Source: Vicugna vicugna (taxonomy: Eukaryota). From it: a DNA stretch of 62,000 nucleotides. The position numbers were made by a program, and so were the translations under genes. Below the pieces are notes generated by a model. The model made no database searches. It was not told the origin of the DNA and saw nothing but the letters and a program-made list of their open reading frames with translations. Each line of letters opens with the position of its first letter. Position 1 is the first letter of the stretch. Shown here piece by piece: positions 1 to 10,615 of this stretch. Location: contig MU058844.1 in the NCBI GenBank assembly GCA_013265495.1, positions 9,940,184 through 10,002,183 on the forward strand. Reading direction: 5' to 3'.

Positions 1-239
1 ATTGTATCTTCTAAAGAATATGACATTTTTACAGACAAATATCTTCATTTCCATCATCATAAATGTTTAAGCAAAGTAATAGGAGACAAAGTTCTAGCCC
101 AGAGCAAGCACAGAGTAGTGGAAAATTTTGATGACTGGGAGTCCAAGTGGTCTTAGCAGTAAGAGAGTCCATTGTCTTCTAAAATCATCAGTGGGTTATA
201 AGCCCTGTCTGGGGACAGAAATATAATAATCAAGCTATC

Positions 240-815
240 CTGATAACTATGGCTTTGTAGTAAGTTTTTAAATTGGAAAGTGTGAGTCCTACAACTTTGT
301 CCTTTTTCAAGATTTCCTTTGGCTATTCTAGGTTTCTTGCATGTCCATATGAATGTAGGGTCAGTTTGTCAATTTCTGCAAAGAAGTAACTGGGGTTTTG
401 ACAGAGACTGCATTAAATCTGTAAATCAGATTTGGAAGTATTGTCATTTTAGCATTATTCAGTCTTCCAGGAACATGAGATGGCTTTCCATTTATTCTGA
501 TCTTCTTAATTCCTTCAATAATATTGTATAGTTTTCATTGTACAAGTCTTACACTTCTTTTGCTAAATGTATTCCTAGGAATTTTTTTTTGATGCTACTG
601 TAAGTAGAATTACTTTTTTTTTTCATTTCATTTTTAGATTGTTCACTGCTAGTGCATAGAAACACAATTGATTTTTAGTACACTGGTCTTAATGTTCTGC
701 AATTTTGATGACTTAATATTATTTGCATATTAATTAGTCCTATTAGGTTTTAGTGGATTCTTCAGAATAATCTGTATACAAGATTGTATCATCTACAAAT
801 AAAAATAATTTTACA
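240..815 (-). mobile_element. Old L1 (L1M-type) ORF2 fragment
   Basis: ctttttcaagatttcctttggctattctaggtttcttgcatgtccatatgaat...tcagtttgtcaatttctgcaaa resembles antisense L1 ORF2; boundaries approximate. Confidence 0.8.
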
Positions 816-1319
816 GGGTAGTTTTCTTACCCCTGAGGGTCATGGAGTAAAATCCATCTTCCCTACATATTGACTGTGGCTTAAGTTGTTTTAGATGTTT
901 AAAATATACAGTGACTATTGATTTGGGGGGATAGTACAGAATGCAAAGCAGACAGCAGAAGAATGAACAGTGTAGCTCCCAGATTTAGTATGTGCAGTGC
1001 TATTCACAGACTTATTCCTTCCATAGATTAAATGACGTAGGGGAAGAACCCCCAGCCCCTCTCAAAAGATGCTTTAAACTATACTAAGTTCACTGATGCC
1101 TAAAATTTCACAGCAGTGGAGTAATTCCTCATCTCTACGATGGTAATAACAAGCCCTCTCTCACAGCATTCCCATAAAGATTAAATACATGCGAAGTCCT
1201 TAGTCCAAGGCCTGACATAGTAAATACTCGATAAATCGCAGCTATTGAGAGCAGTAATAATAGTGATGAAGGTAGTGAGGCTATTATTTGGAAGCTGTCA
1301 AAGGACTTATTAAAAACCT

Positions 1320-1815
1320 CCAATGAGTTCCCGTTACCTTCAGAAAGAAAGAATCCAAGTTTCTTACCATGGACTATTTGTGATCTGGCCCCTGAAAATT
1401 GCTTCTACCCATCTCTGGGCACATTTCCCCGACACGACATGCTCAGGATACACTGACCTGTTTGGAGGCCCTCTGTGTGACATGTTCCTGCTCAGTCCAG
1501 GCCTTTGCACACACACACACTTCCTCCTCCTCCAAGCTATCCAACTCTGACCTTCTGTTGCCCTACTGAGACCACGCCTCCAGAATAACCATACCGACCA
1601 CACCTCCGAAATAAAACGAGACGCCTGGCGCTTACTGCTTGTACTCCCCCGTGGTTATACCACAGGAGCCCACAGGCTATCAGCTGTTTTAGGGCCGGTG
1701 CTGTGACTTCTTCACAGTCCTCTCTTCCTCCCCACTTCCCACCCCCAGGGTCAGGACAGTGCCTGGCAGGGTTGACACTCCATTAAAGCTGGTCAAATAA
1801 ATTTAAAAGAATAAA
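1320..1815 (+). mobile_element. L2 3' fragment
   Basis: tgtgatctggcccctg near the start; ggacagtgcctggca...aataaat L2-type tail; approximate. Confidence 0.6.
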
Positions 1816-2360
1816 CATCTAAGTTTTCCTAAATGATAATCCCAAGAGAAATCATATATTAAGTTTGTCAAGCCTTGCTGAGCAGATTTATTTCATCGTT
1901 TCCTGAGGCAAATTTCATAGCAAGGGAGAGAAGCCAGGGTACAAGCCCAGAACAGCCCCTGCAGAGGCTGGGAGAGAACACAGGAGCGGGAATAAAAGTG
2001 CTTAAAGGAGGACTTCATCTGCCTTAAAGTCTCTTCAGCGGCAACTCAATCACTGTGAAAATTTAATCAGGCTTTAGCAAAAGCTAAATTCCAAGGCAAA
2101 AGTGTGAGGGAAGTCCTCATTAACTACACTAACTGAAATGGAGAGAGGTAGGCCAAATGCAGAAGCCACTCACAGGAGGTGACTTGTTGATCCAGCAAAC
2201 AGGTACTTAGTGAAGCAAAGGTGACTGCTGGGCTCTCTAGGCGATGGGCCAGTACTAATACCAGCGGCTATGGTAAGTGTGCCAAGATTTAAGTCACATA
2301 ATGCTAAGTGTCGTGTCTGAAGTTGTAACAATACCTGTACACCTGGATAGAGAGGCTTAC

Positions 2361-2402
2361 CTGGTGTAATGAATGCCGGTTCTGTGGGAATCAGAGGTAT
2401 GC
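2361..2402 (-). CDS. OTOGL: OTOGL e26 (42 nt, 1-1): CIPLIPTEPAFITP; start of Pro/Thr linker
   Basis: tgtag acceptor, CAG|gtaagc donor; frame continues from e25. Confidence 0.88.
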
Positions 2403-2707
2403 CTACAAAGAAACAAAGACACTCTTCCTTAAGCTGTTTTGCTTAAAGTTGAGGCCCACAGAGTTCATAGAGGGATGCTCAGCTTCAAGGAAAATGTTTT
2501 GGGAGAGATAATTCAGGAGGAATGTTAGAGGGAAGACTTACAAGGTCTAGAAAGTAATTCAGAACAACAACTTTGAAAAGGACATTGAAGAAGAATCTTC
2601 TAAGGCTTACTGTCTGCCTAAAACTTCTGATTATAATCACTTGCCATTAGAGAAAAAAATACAAGTTTTATACTTTTTGGAATAAATTAAATAAGGTTCA
2701 CACTTAC

Positions 2708-2787
2708 AGTCTTCTGGATAAACACACTTGAAGGTGACTTCGTCGAGGATCATATTTTTAGGGCAGTAGGGCAAACATCCTTCAACT
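2708..2787 (-). CDS. OTOGL: OTOGL e25 (80 nt, 2-1): [26 protein letters not shown]
   Basis: taaag acceptor, T|gtaagt donor; EGCxPxCP motif. Confidence 0.93.
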
Positions 2788-3262
2788 CTTTACGTGAAAA
2801 AAAATTGAAATAAAAAAGTTAAAATACAAAAAAATACTGTATTTAATATATGCAACTAAGATACATTTCGCCTAAAATTCTTGTCTTCTCTTTGTCAAAG
2901 ACAGGAGGGACCATCCTGAGTGTTTTTCCTCTAAGGGAATGAAGCCAAGACAATGACTGAGATTACATCTTTCTCGTCCGGTGGGGGGTTCAGAGTCCAA
3001 TTTATTCTGATTCAAAGGACATAAATGTAGCCTTCACGTACAACCAAGTATTAGATTCATACATACGAAAGAGAATCAATGTACACATAGTTATAAAAAG
3101 ACTTGCTTATCTGCCTCTCAAATACACCAGCAAGCTGTGTTTTTAATATTTTAAAACATTTCAACTGCTTCATCTGTAAAGTAAAAATTTGGACCAAAAA
3201 TACTCAAGGCCCCTTCTCAATTCAGTATGGAATGAACGAACTTGACACTGGGGCACGTGTTG

Positions 3263-3276
3263 CCACCAGAGGGCAC
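3263..3276 (+). promoter_or_regulatory. Predicted CTCF site CCACCAGAGGGCAC
   Basis: Exact fit to CCASYAGRKGGCRS; adjacent CACGTG E-box at 3254-3259; binding not shown. Confidence 0.6.
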
Positions 3277-5000
3277 TTGTTTAAGGAAGGAAATCCAGAC
3301 AACACTTTAAAAACCAAGGGCTCTTTCTCTTAACAGGAGACACTTCAGCCGTCTCTTGGATGCCTCCTTTACAAATTGCTTTTAAACATTAACAGCTCAG
3401 CTCATATGACCAATTATTTATTTCATAAAGTGAATTTTAATAACAACACTTTAACCAGTCTATGATATTTCTATTCTACTCTAACTCTGTCAAGCAAAAA
3501 GAAAAAGTGAGTTACTGGATTACTGGCAATACTGATGCCAGTGAGTTATTATTAAATAAACATCATTTTTTATGCAGTTCAATTACTTTGCAATTGTTCT
3601 ATGCTAGTCAAAACCACAGCTATCCTCTTAAAATACTTTCCAAAAACCAGTAACCTGTTCCTTAAAAATGCCTTCGTGGTTGCACACAGTAGGTTCCTCT
3701 TTATTTCATCATATAACTGGTAAACAAGTCAACTTCTGACTGATGAAGATGCCTCTGATGCAGAACGATTCTTACAACAGGTGTATTACATAATGGGAAT
3801 AGCTCTATTTACGTACAGGCTCTGGGGTATGCTAGCTGGCATCTTTTCTCACAGAAGTTCTCATTTCCACTAGATATTTTTATTTTCAATGCTTGCCATG
3901 TGCCAGAAACTGAAATCATCTAGAAGAAGTCTGGTGGTTCTATTGGGGTCTTGGGGGAGGGGTGCAGGGCTATGCTGACACCCCATGTCAGTACTTGAGT
4001 CTCCCCTCAGGGCTGCTGGGACAAGGAGGAGCCACACGGAGGGGCCTCGGCATGGGGAGAGGGGAGAAGTAGAAAGGAGAGAGTGATGAAGATGGAGACG
4101 AGAAACAGTTTGGCTGGGGTGAAGCTTCCTCCTGAATCTCTCCTCTGCATTCCAACCATACCAAAAAAGAAACTTCGGGGAGCTACAGACCACACAGTGG
4201 AAGCACTGATGATCTGGGTTCCACCACCCTGGAGACTGGGTATCCTACAGGAATGAAACTAGCCAAATGCCGCTTCAAAATACAGCTCCATTTCCTCCAG
4301 GGGCCAGGGCCGGCCACGCCTCTCTCCCTTCCTTCCTCCCCCATGTGCTCTCCTCCTCGCTACGGGGCCCCTGTTATTTCTCCTCCTCCTGCTGGCTCCC
4401 TGAAGAGACCAGAAATAGGTTTGTGAATGTGAGGAGTCCAAGTGAATGGAAGATTTCTTCCCGGAAAGAATTGGTTTGTTTTAATTTTTAAGAAAATAAA
4501 CAGAAATATTTCCTTGCTCTCTGTTCCCATAGCACTTGTTATCCAACAGGATGGAGTTGTGCAAAGCTCTGGCTCTGCTGTGTGGTCTAGGGCAAACTGC
4601 TTCATTTCTCTGTGCCTTGGTTCGCTTTCCCTTCTGAAAGTGGGAACAATGAGATCACTGATCATACAGCACTCAGCACACAGTGTGTGTCACGCTATGA
4701 AGACTTCGAGGTGCTAGCTGTGGTGGTGGTGATTTCTCCAGCCCCCTTCCCACCGCATTGTCAATGATCTGCGTTTGTTTCTGTCTTCTTCTGAGAGACT
4801 CTGAGCTCCTTGAAAGAGAGGCTGCGTCTCATTTATTCATATGCCAGAACCTTTTTAGCGCCTGTGTTTGTCATGGAATAGAAGCTCATAAACGACTACT
4901 GGAAAACGATCCTTTTAAAAATATCCCCTCCTCCTATTGCTGCATTTCTCTGTCTCTTTCACAGCAAAGCTCCTTCAAAAAAAAAAAAAAAAAAAAAAAT

Positions 5001-5077
5001 NNNNNNNNNNNNNNNNNNNNNNNNNNNNNNNNNNNNNNNNNNNNNNNNNNNNNNNNNNNNNNNNNNNNNNNNNNNNN
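5001..5077. other. Assembly gap (77 N) flanked by poly-A runs
   Basis: Run of N seen directly. Confidence 0.99.
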
Positions 5078-5284
5078 CCTTCAAAAAAAAAAAAAAAAAG
5101 AAAAGGAGCTATTACACTGCCTGTCTCCATTTTGTCTCTTTCTAGTCTCCAGATTTCCAAATCCAATGAACAATTCTGTCTCAAATTTTAAATCCTCAAA
5201 ACCAAATTCCTGACTTTTCCTCCAAACTCTTCCTCCTTACATCTTCCTCACCACAGTAAATGGCAACTCGGTCCTTCCATTAAA

Positions 5285-5352
5285 TCGTATCACTTGACTA
5301 TGTTGATATTTGACAAGTTTTGATCACAAAAATGGCAATTCCATACGGTTCT
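5285..5352. mobile_element. MADE2-like mariner MITE remnant
   Basis: gatatttgacaagttttgatcacaaaaatggcaattccatacggttc resembles the MADE2 consensus as recalled. Confidence 0.55.
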
Positions 5353-6320
5353 GAAACCTACAAACTGCTGGGACCTGAACTGGAGTCCTCAACTCCTCTT
5401 TCTTTTATAATTGACATTAAATCCATCAGCATCTCCTCTGGCCCCAAGTTCAAAATATTTCCAGCATCTGGTCACTTGTCATACTTTCCTGGGCTACTAA
5501 CTTAGTTAAATCCCCTTCATGTCTTGTCTGTATTACTGACCAGGTCTGCCCTGTGCTTCCCCTCTCCAAAAGCCAGTCCAATAGCCAAAGTAAACATTTT
5601 AAAATGCCAATCAGATCACGTCACTCCTCTGCCTAAAACACACCAGGGCATTACTCAGAAATACCAAGTCCTTGGGACAGGCTCCAGGGCCCTATGTGAC
5701 GCACCACCACTGTGAGTCTCTGGTCTCTTCTCTTACCTCTCAGTTTTGTTCACTTTGCTCTGACTAACTAGCCTCCTCTCTCATCCTCAAACACACAAGC
5801 ACATTCCTACCCCAAGACCTTTACACTGTTCTCAGACTGACAGGCTCTCTCCCGCGACATCCACATGGCTAGTGCCCTCACGTCCTCCACATCTCTGACT
5901 CGATGTCGCTTTGTCAGCGTGTTCTTCCCAGACCACCATAGAGTAATTAGCACACACACCCCCATTGTGTTCCTGTTTCCCTTCCTTTCTTTATACGTCT
6001 CCATACTACACATCACCATCTAAAAATACGCTGCGTTATATATTTACATTTTTATTATTTTGTTCTCTGCCCCAAGGCAACAAAATGTAAACTACATAAA
6101 GGTTGAACTACTTTGTTCGATGCTGCATCCCTCGGAGGAAGAAGAGAGGCTGGCACATAGCAGACCCTCTGTAACTACTGCTGGATTAAAATGAAATAAA
6201 TTCATGAGTGAGTATCTAACACAAAGTACTCTTGAGAATTTTTTTAACCTAAAAATAATCGCTGAGAGCACAATCTGCTATTGCTAGAATCTGTTCGTTT
6301 AATGGATAAACATGACTTAC

Positions 6321-6438
6321 GGTGGAAGAAATTTACATGCTAGTGCTTCAGGGTCACTGCACGTTTTAAAACAGGGAGTGGCACAAGGTTCGTATCTCCA
6401 TTCACACATCCTCCTGTACGGCACTGCTGCCTGGGTTT
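6321..6438 (-). CDS. OTOGL: OTOGL e24 (118 nt, 1-2): [38 protein letters not shown]; remainder of TIL3
   Basis: cccag acceptor, CC|gtaagt donor; CEWRY motif as in VWF and mucins. Confidence 0.94.
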
Positions 6439-8189
6439 CTGGGGAGAAAAATGAAGTTTAGGTTGCGTACATTTCAATGAACAGCTTGAAAAATAATAGA
6501 TTATGATAGTAGGGTTTGACTTCTCTTTGATTATAACGCTGTGGAAAAGATCGGACGAGGGGGGAAAAAGCATTTTAGTGCTTCATGATCAAAGCATTTT
6601 CATGCTCAGGTTGAATATCAAAATATTAGTCTATCTTCCAAATATTTAAAAAAGCAAGAGGTGGGAGCAGGCCAAGGAAAATAATAAATCTTTCTCCTTG
6701 CTTTATGTTGAGTGAGTTTGCATTGATCTGCATATCATAAAAGTACCAAATACTTGTTTGGAATTTTATTTTTTGCAACATAAATTTTGTCATGATTCTA
6801 TTTTATCCTTGTAACCACCTATCGAGAGGGTATTTTTATTCATTTAAAAAATACAATTGAGGCTCAGGGGAGCTAAGGGACTGGCCAAATGCAAACCATT
6901 AGAAAAATGGCAAGACTAAAGACATGTGTCCTGACATCAAACCTAGGGAAAACACTCCATCTTTGTTTTTTTCACAGAACATAGCTCACTGTCTTGTACA
7001 TGGTAAGTAATCTGATGACAAAAATGAGTGAGTAGGTTTTAATAATACACGCATGAAATTATAAAACCTCCCTTCACTGAAGATTTTTCTCCTACAAATT
7101 CTGATACTCTTTTCCCCTTCCCACATCATAGACCAATCCTTCTGCTGCAGTCCAGACCTATCTCTGAAGAACAGAGCTCCATAAGACAGAAAGTTCAGAA
7201 AACAGGCTACATTTCTTGGACTTTGGATGTAGAATTCAACTCAAAAGTATGGGAAGGAAAATAAGGCTTTCTGGAAGGTATCGATGCATTTAAACATTAC
7301 AATAATTGTTAGACCTGAGTTACTGGGATCATGAGTCCTGAGAGAGGGTTGGTTTCAAGTCTAGAATAGACCCCTAGAGTGTTGTAGGTTTGAGAAGTCT
7401 GCAAAGATGAGTTTCTCAGATTATGATGATGCCACTGGCTGCAATTGTCCAAAGCTCAGGTAGGGCCACTGGGTCTGGTTCTAATGGAACAGATTTCTGT
7501 ATTGAAGGGGAAATAGAGGCTTGCAAAATTCAACTGCTAAGTAAATTCAAGCAAAAATATCACTTTCACTTTGTAGAATGTTGTACAGGCATGTCAGTGA
7601 CTCTTTTTCTGATGAGTCCAGGAACCCCACTCAATAGGCAAAAATTTGAAGCTCAGTTTGAATTTCTAAAATCCAAAAACTATGGAGATTTACAGACATG
7701 TATCCACAACAAAAAGGGCAAATGGTTAACTCTCTTAGATTGACTTAGAAGGGTTAGTTAGAATGAAATAATTTGTTTGGGAGACCCAAAGCTCCTAGGT
7801 TTTGAAAATAAAGCATGACTTTTAAACATGGGATGGAGCAGTGAGGGATTCCTCTCTGAAGTTTAGAAAATTCAATAGCTATAGAACTGCAAGCATCCCT
7901 AGAAATAAGATCAGGTTTGGCTGAATCAGAAAAATCTTCCAGGGGTCAGTGGAACCAGACTCCGTTAGTATTCAAAAGACAAAGAGAAACATGTTGTCTT
8001 TATCATTAAGAATCAGACTGTATGAGAAGTTGCCTTCTATGAAAGAAAAAGTAGATACAAAACCAGACAACAAAAGGACATTAGGTAATCTCTATTTACA
8101 AAATCCAGACAGCACTGAAGGCAATCATAAACAAACAAACAAACCAACAAAAAACAAAAAAAAACCCATTATTTAAGGCTGATCTAAAC

Positions 8190-8310
8190 AATTCACCTCA
8201 TTAACTTATGTAGTACAATAATCCTATAAAATAGGTATTATTATTTCTTCCTTTTTACAGATGTGTAAACTGAGGGACAGAGAGGTTAAGAAACTTATTA
8301 AGGTCATAAA
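8190..8310 (-). mobile_element. MIR
   Basis: ttttacagatgtgtaaactgagggacagagaggttaag is the antisense MIR core. Confidence 0.75.
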
Positions 8311-8427
8311 AGGTCATACAACTAATTATACACATTAAAAATGATTTTAAAAATAAAACCTAATAAATATTCTGTCATTATTTAAATTACCTACTTAATC
8401 TACATTTGAAGATCTCAGAAAACATAC

Positions 8428-8706
8428 CTTCTATGCTGAAGCTACTTAAATGCTTAAATTCTTCAGAATCATCATATTTTGATGCTTTGGCACTGGAGTC
8501 TGTCAATATGATGAAAAAGCCTTTCTTGCTGTACAGCTCAAATGCACTATAACCGGGAATCCAGAGGCTCTGATGGTGGAAAAATGTGGCTCTCTGATGA
8601 AAGGCTGAATTCGCCTCCCACAGTTTCAAACTCAGAGTGTCATCATCGTGGACATAGAGAAAGTAGTTTGGCCTTTCAGCAGATTCCAAGGAAACAAGTG
8701 CCAATG
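8428..8706 (-). CDS. OTOGL: OTOGL e23 (279 nt, 1-1): LALVSLESAERPNYFLYVH...EEFKHLSSFSIE; AbfB-like part 2
   Basis: tacag acceptor, AAG|gtatgt donor; inside ORF 8387..8734; VSLESxxxPNYFL and F...ATF motifs. Confidence 0.95.
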
Positions 8707-10447
8707 CTGTAAAACAGAGCAGTTTGTTTGACAACTCCCCAGGTCCTCTGGAGATGGCGGATCATCAGCACTGGCATGATAAAATTCATTTATAAAGTTG
8801 ACAAAAATAGAATTGCACAATTGTCATACACAGTTAATGGCAACCCCAAAGATTTCGGAAGTGAATTATAAGACCTCTAAAAGAAAAAGTAGTATTTTAG
8901 TGCAATGCATAACAGTGACAACTCTAAAAAAAAAAAATCACTCTCTGTTAAGGCCTATATTTTAAATAATTGATTATGCCTTTGGGGGGGGGAAAGAAAC
9001 GTCAACCTAGGACCCCAAATCGTTCAATTTCCTACAAGTAATTGAACAATTAATTGGACACATATTTGTACCTGCAAGCTTTAACCTTTTAAAAGGTACA
9101 AAATCTACAAATGGCTAAATCGGATGATAGAAAGGAATAAGAGACTAGAGAAACAGATCAATTCAGACATGTCACTGCATTCCAACATCACTGGGTTCCC
9201 AATGAGCAAATGTTCTTGCAGGTGATTTCACTGCATTATAAGGCTAATTGCTCAACATTTTATTGTTAATTTCCCCAAGATGATCAACCAGCTAATGAAC
9301 AATTACAAAGCATGTGGGAAGTGCCATCCTTTTTTGTTACGTGCTTTAAAAGTTTCCCTTATATTTGTAAAACCCACGATACGTTTCTTAATTGAGATTT
9401 CAGATTTAATTTCTTAGATCTTTATTTCTTTAGGTCTTAATTCCTTAACTTAAATCTATTAGGATTTTTCTATTAAAAACATTAGCTACTGTAAATCATA
9501 AAAGGAAGGGCTCTCTCAAATCCAATAAACTATTCCAAAAACATTTATTGTGTCCTAAAATTTACTCTCCTAAGCACTGAAAGATGCAAGGAAGAATAAA
9601 AGAAATTTTTATGAGAAAAGATATTTAACTAACATATAAATTAGAACTTCAGACTGTGATTTTCACAGATTAAAAAAGAACCAAAGGAGCTCTTTTTACA
9701 AGAATAAGGCAATTTATTTTAAATGGAAAATCAGGAGATTTCTCCAAATGAGAGAAAGTTAAGTTGGATTCATTCATTCAATAAGTATTTTCTAAGTTTC
9801 TGGAACACACCATTCATGGTTCTAAATAGGGCTAGAAGAGTAACAATGTAGCCTGAGCATCACAGATCAGAAGAGGACATTAACCACCAGTCAGAACAGG
9901 AGCCAAGTGGATATAACGGGTATAGATCTGCAGCTGCAAACCAGTAAGTGTGGGGCCTGGTGCCCAGACAGACAAGGCATCATAAGGATAATAGACTGTT
10001 ATAATGATTATCCAGACTTTGAGTTATGCTCTTAATATTTAACTTCTTCGATATCAAATCACAGCTGTAGTCTTATTGTTTAATCTGGCATTAAAATCTT
10101 TCACATGTTAATTATTAATGAACTATTTTTCAAAAATTACAAATTAAGTTCTGTGATTAATACTATGAAAATTTAAGCTGTGCTTTATTTGAGACCAAAA
10201 ACTCAATTAAAAAATTGCAATTCTAATTGCATCTATACATGCCAACAGATAAACAAATAAATTATTTTATATGCAAAAGAGATAGCTGGTTCATTTACCA
10301 TGGTCTTATTTTATTTCATACCCTTTAGAGCACCTAGAAAAATGTAATATATATACTAGATTCCCCATTTAACATTTACTGCATGAATAAATGAAACAAT
10401 GTAAGTGGAAAACTAAATTCTTATTTTCAATTGGAAATTATACTCAC

Positions 10448-10615
10448 ATGATGCCTTCTCTGTGAAAAGGCCCGGAGTGATCATAAAATTAAAAAAGAAA
10501 TTGCCATGAATACTACTTCTTGGCAGAAAGAAAACGTTTCTACTGGTCATATTGGCCCCCAGAATAAGGCCACTCTGCCCATAACTTGCCAGCATATATG
10601 GTCCTTCTCCAAGCC
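10448..10615 (-). CDS. OTOGL: OTOGL e22 (168 nt, 1-1): GLGEGPYMLASYGQSGLILGANMTSRNVFFLPRSSIHGNFFFNFMITPGLFTEKAS; AbfB-like part 1
   Basis: actag acceptor, T|gtgagt donor; overlaps ORF 10413..10595. Confidence 0.94.

Larger units (their letters stand above)
4935..6205 (+). mobile_element. L2 element, interrupted by a poly-A/gap and a MADE2-like insert
   Basis: L2 hallmarks: cagtaaatggcaactc, tcagatcacgtcactcctctgcctaaaac, and 3' ctggcacatagcaga; approximate. Confidence 0.75.

Noticed and set aside
825..885. Possible further OTOGL exon ending at GGG|gtaaga (about 831)
   Set aside because: Poor acceptor, and the translation does not resemble the expected Pro/Thr continuation; the next exon is probably outside the window.
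2168..2240. gtgagt donor-like site downstream of e26
   Set aside because: No convincing acceptor or frame match.
4758..5213. 151-aa ORF spanning the gap
   Set aside because: Open only because of the poly-A runs and Ns.
9030..9325. Cluster of Sox, homeobox and RBPJ (TGTGGGAA) motifs as a supporting-cell enhancer
   Set aside because: These short motifs are expected several times by chance in 62 kb of AT-rich DNA, and I have no conservation data.
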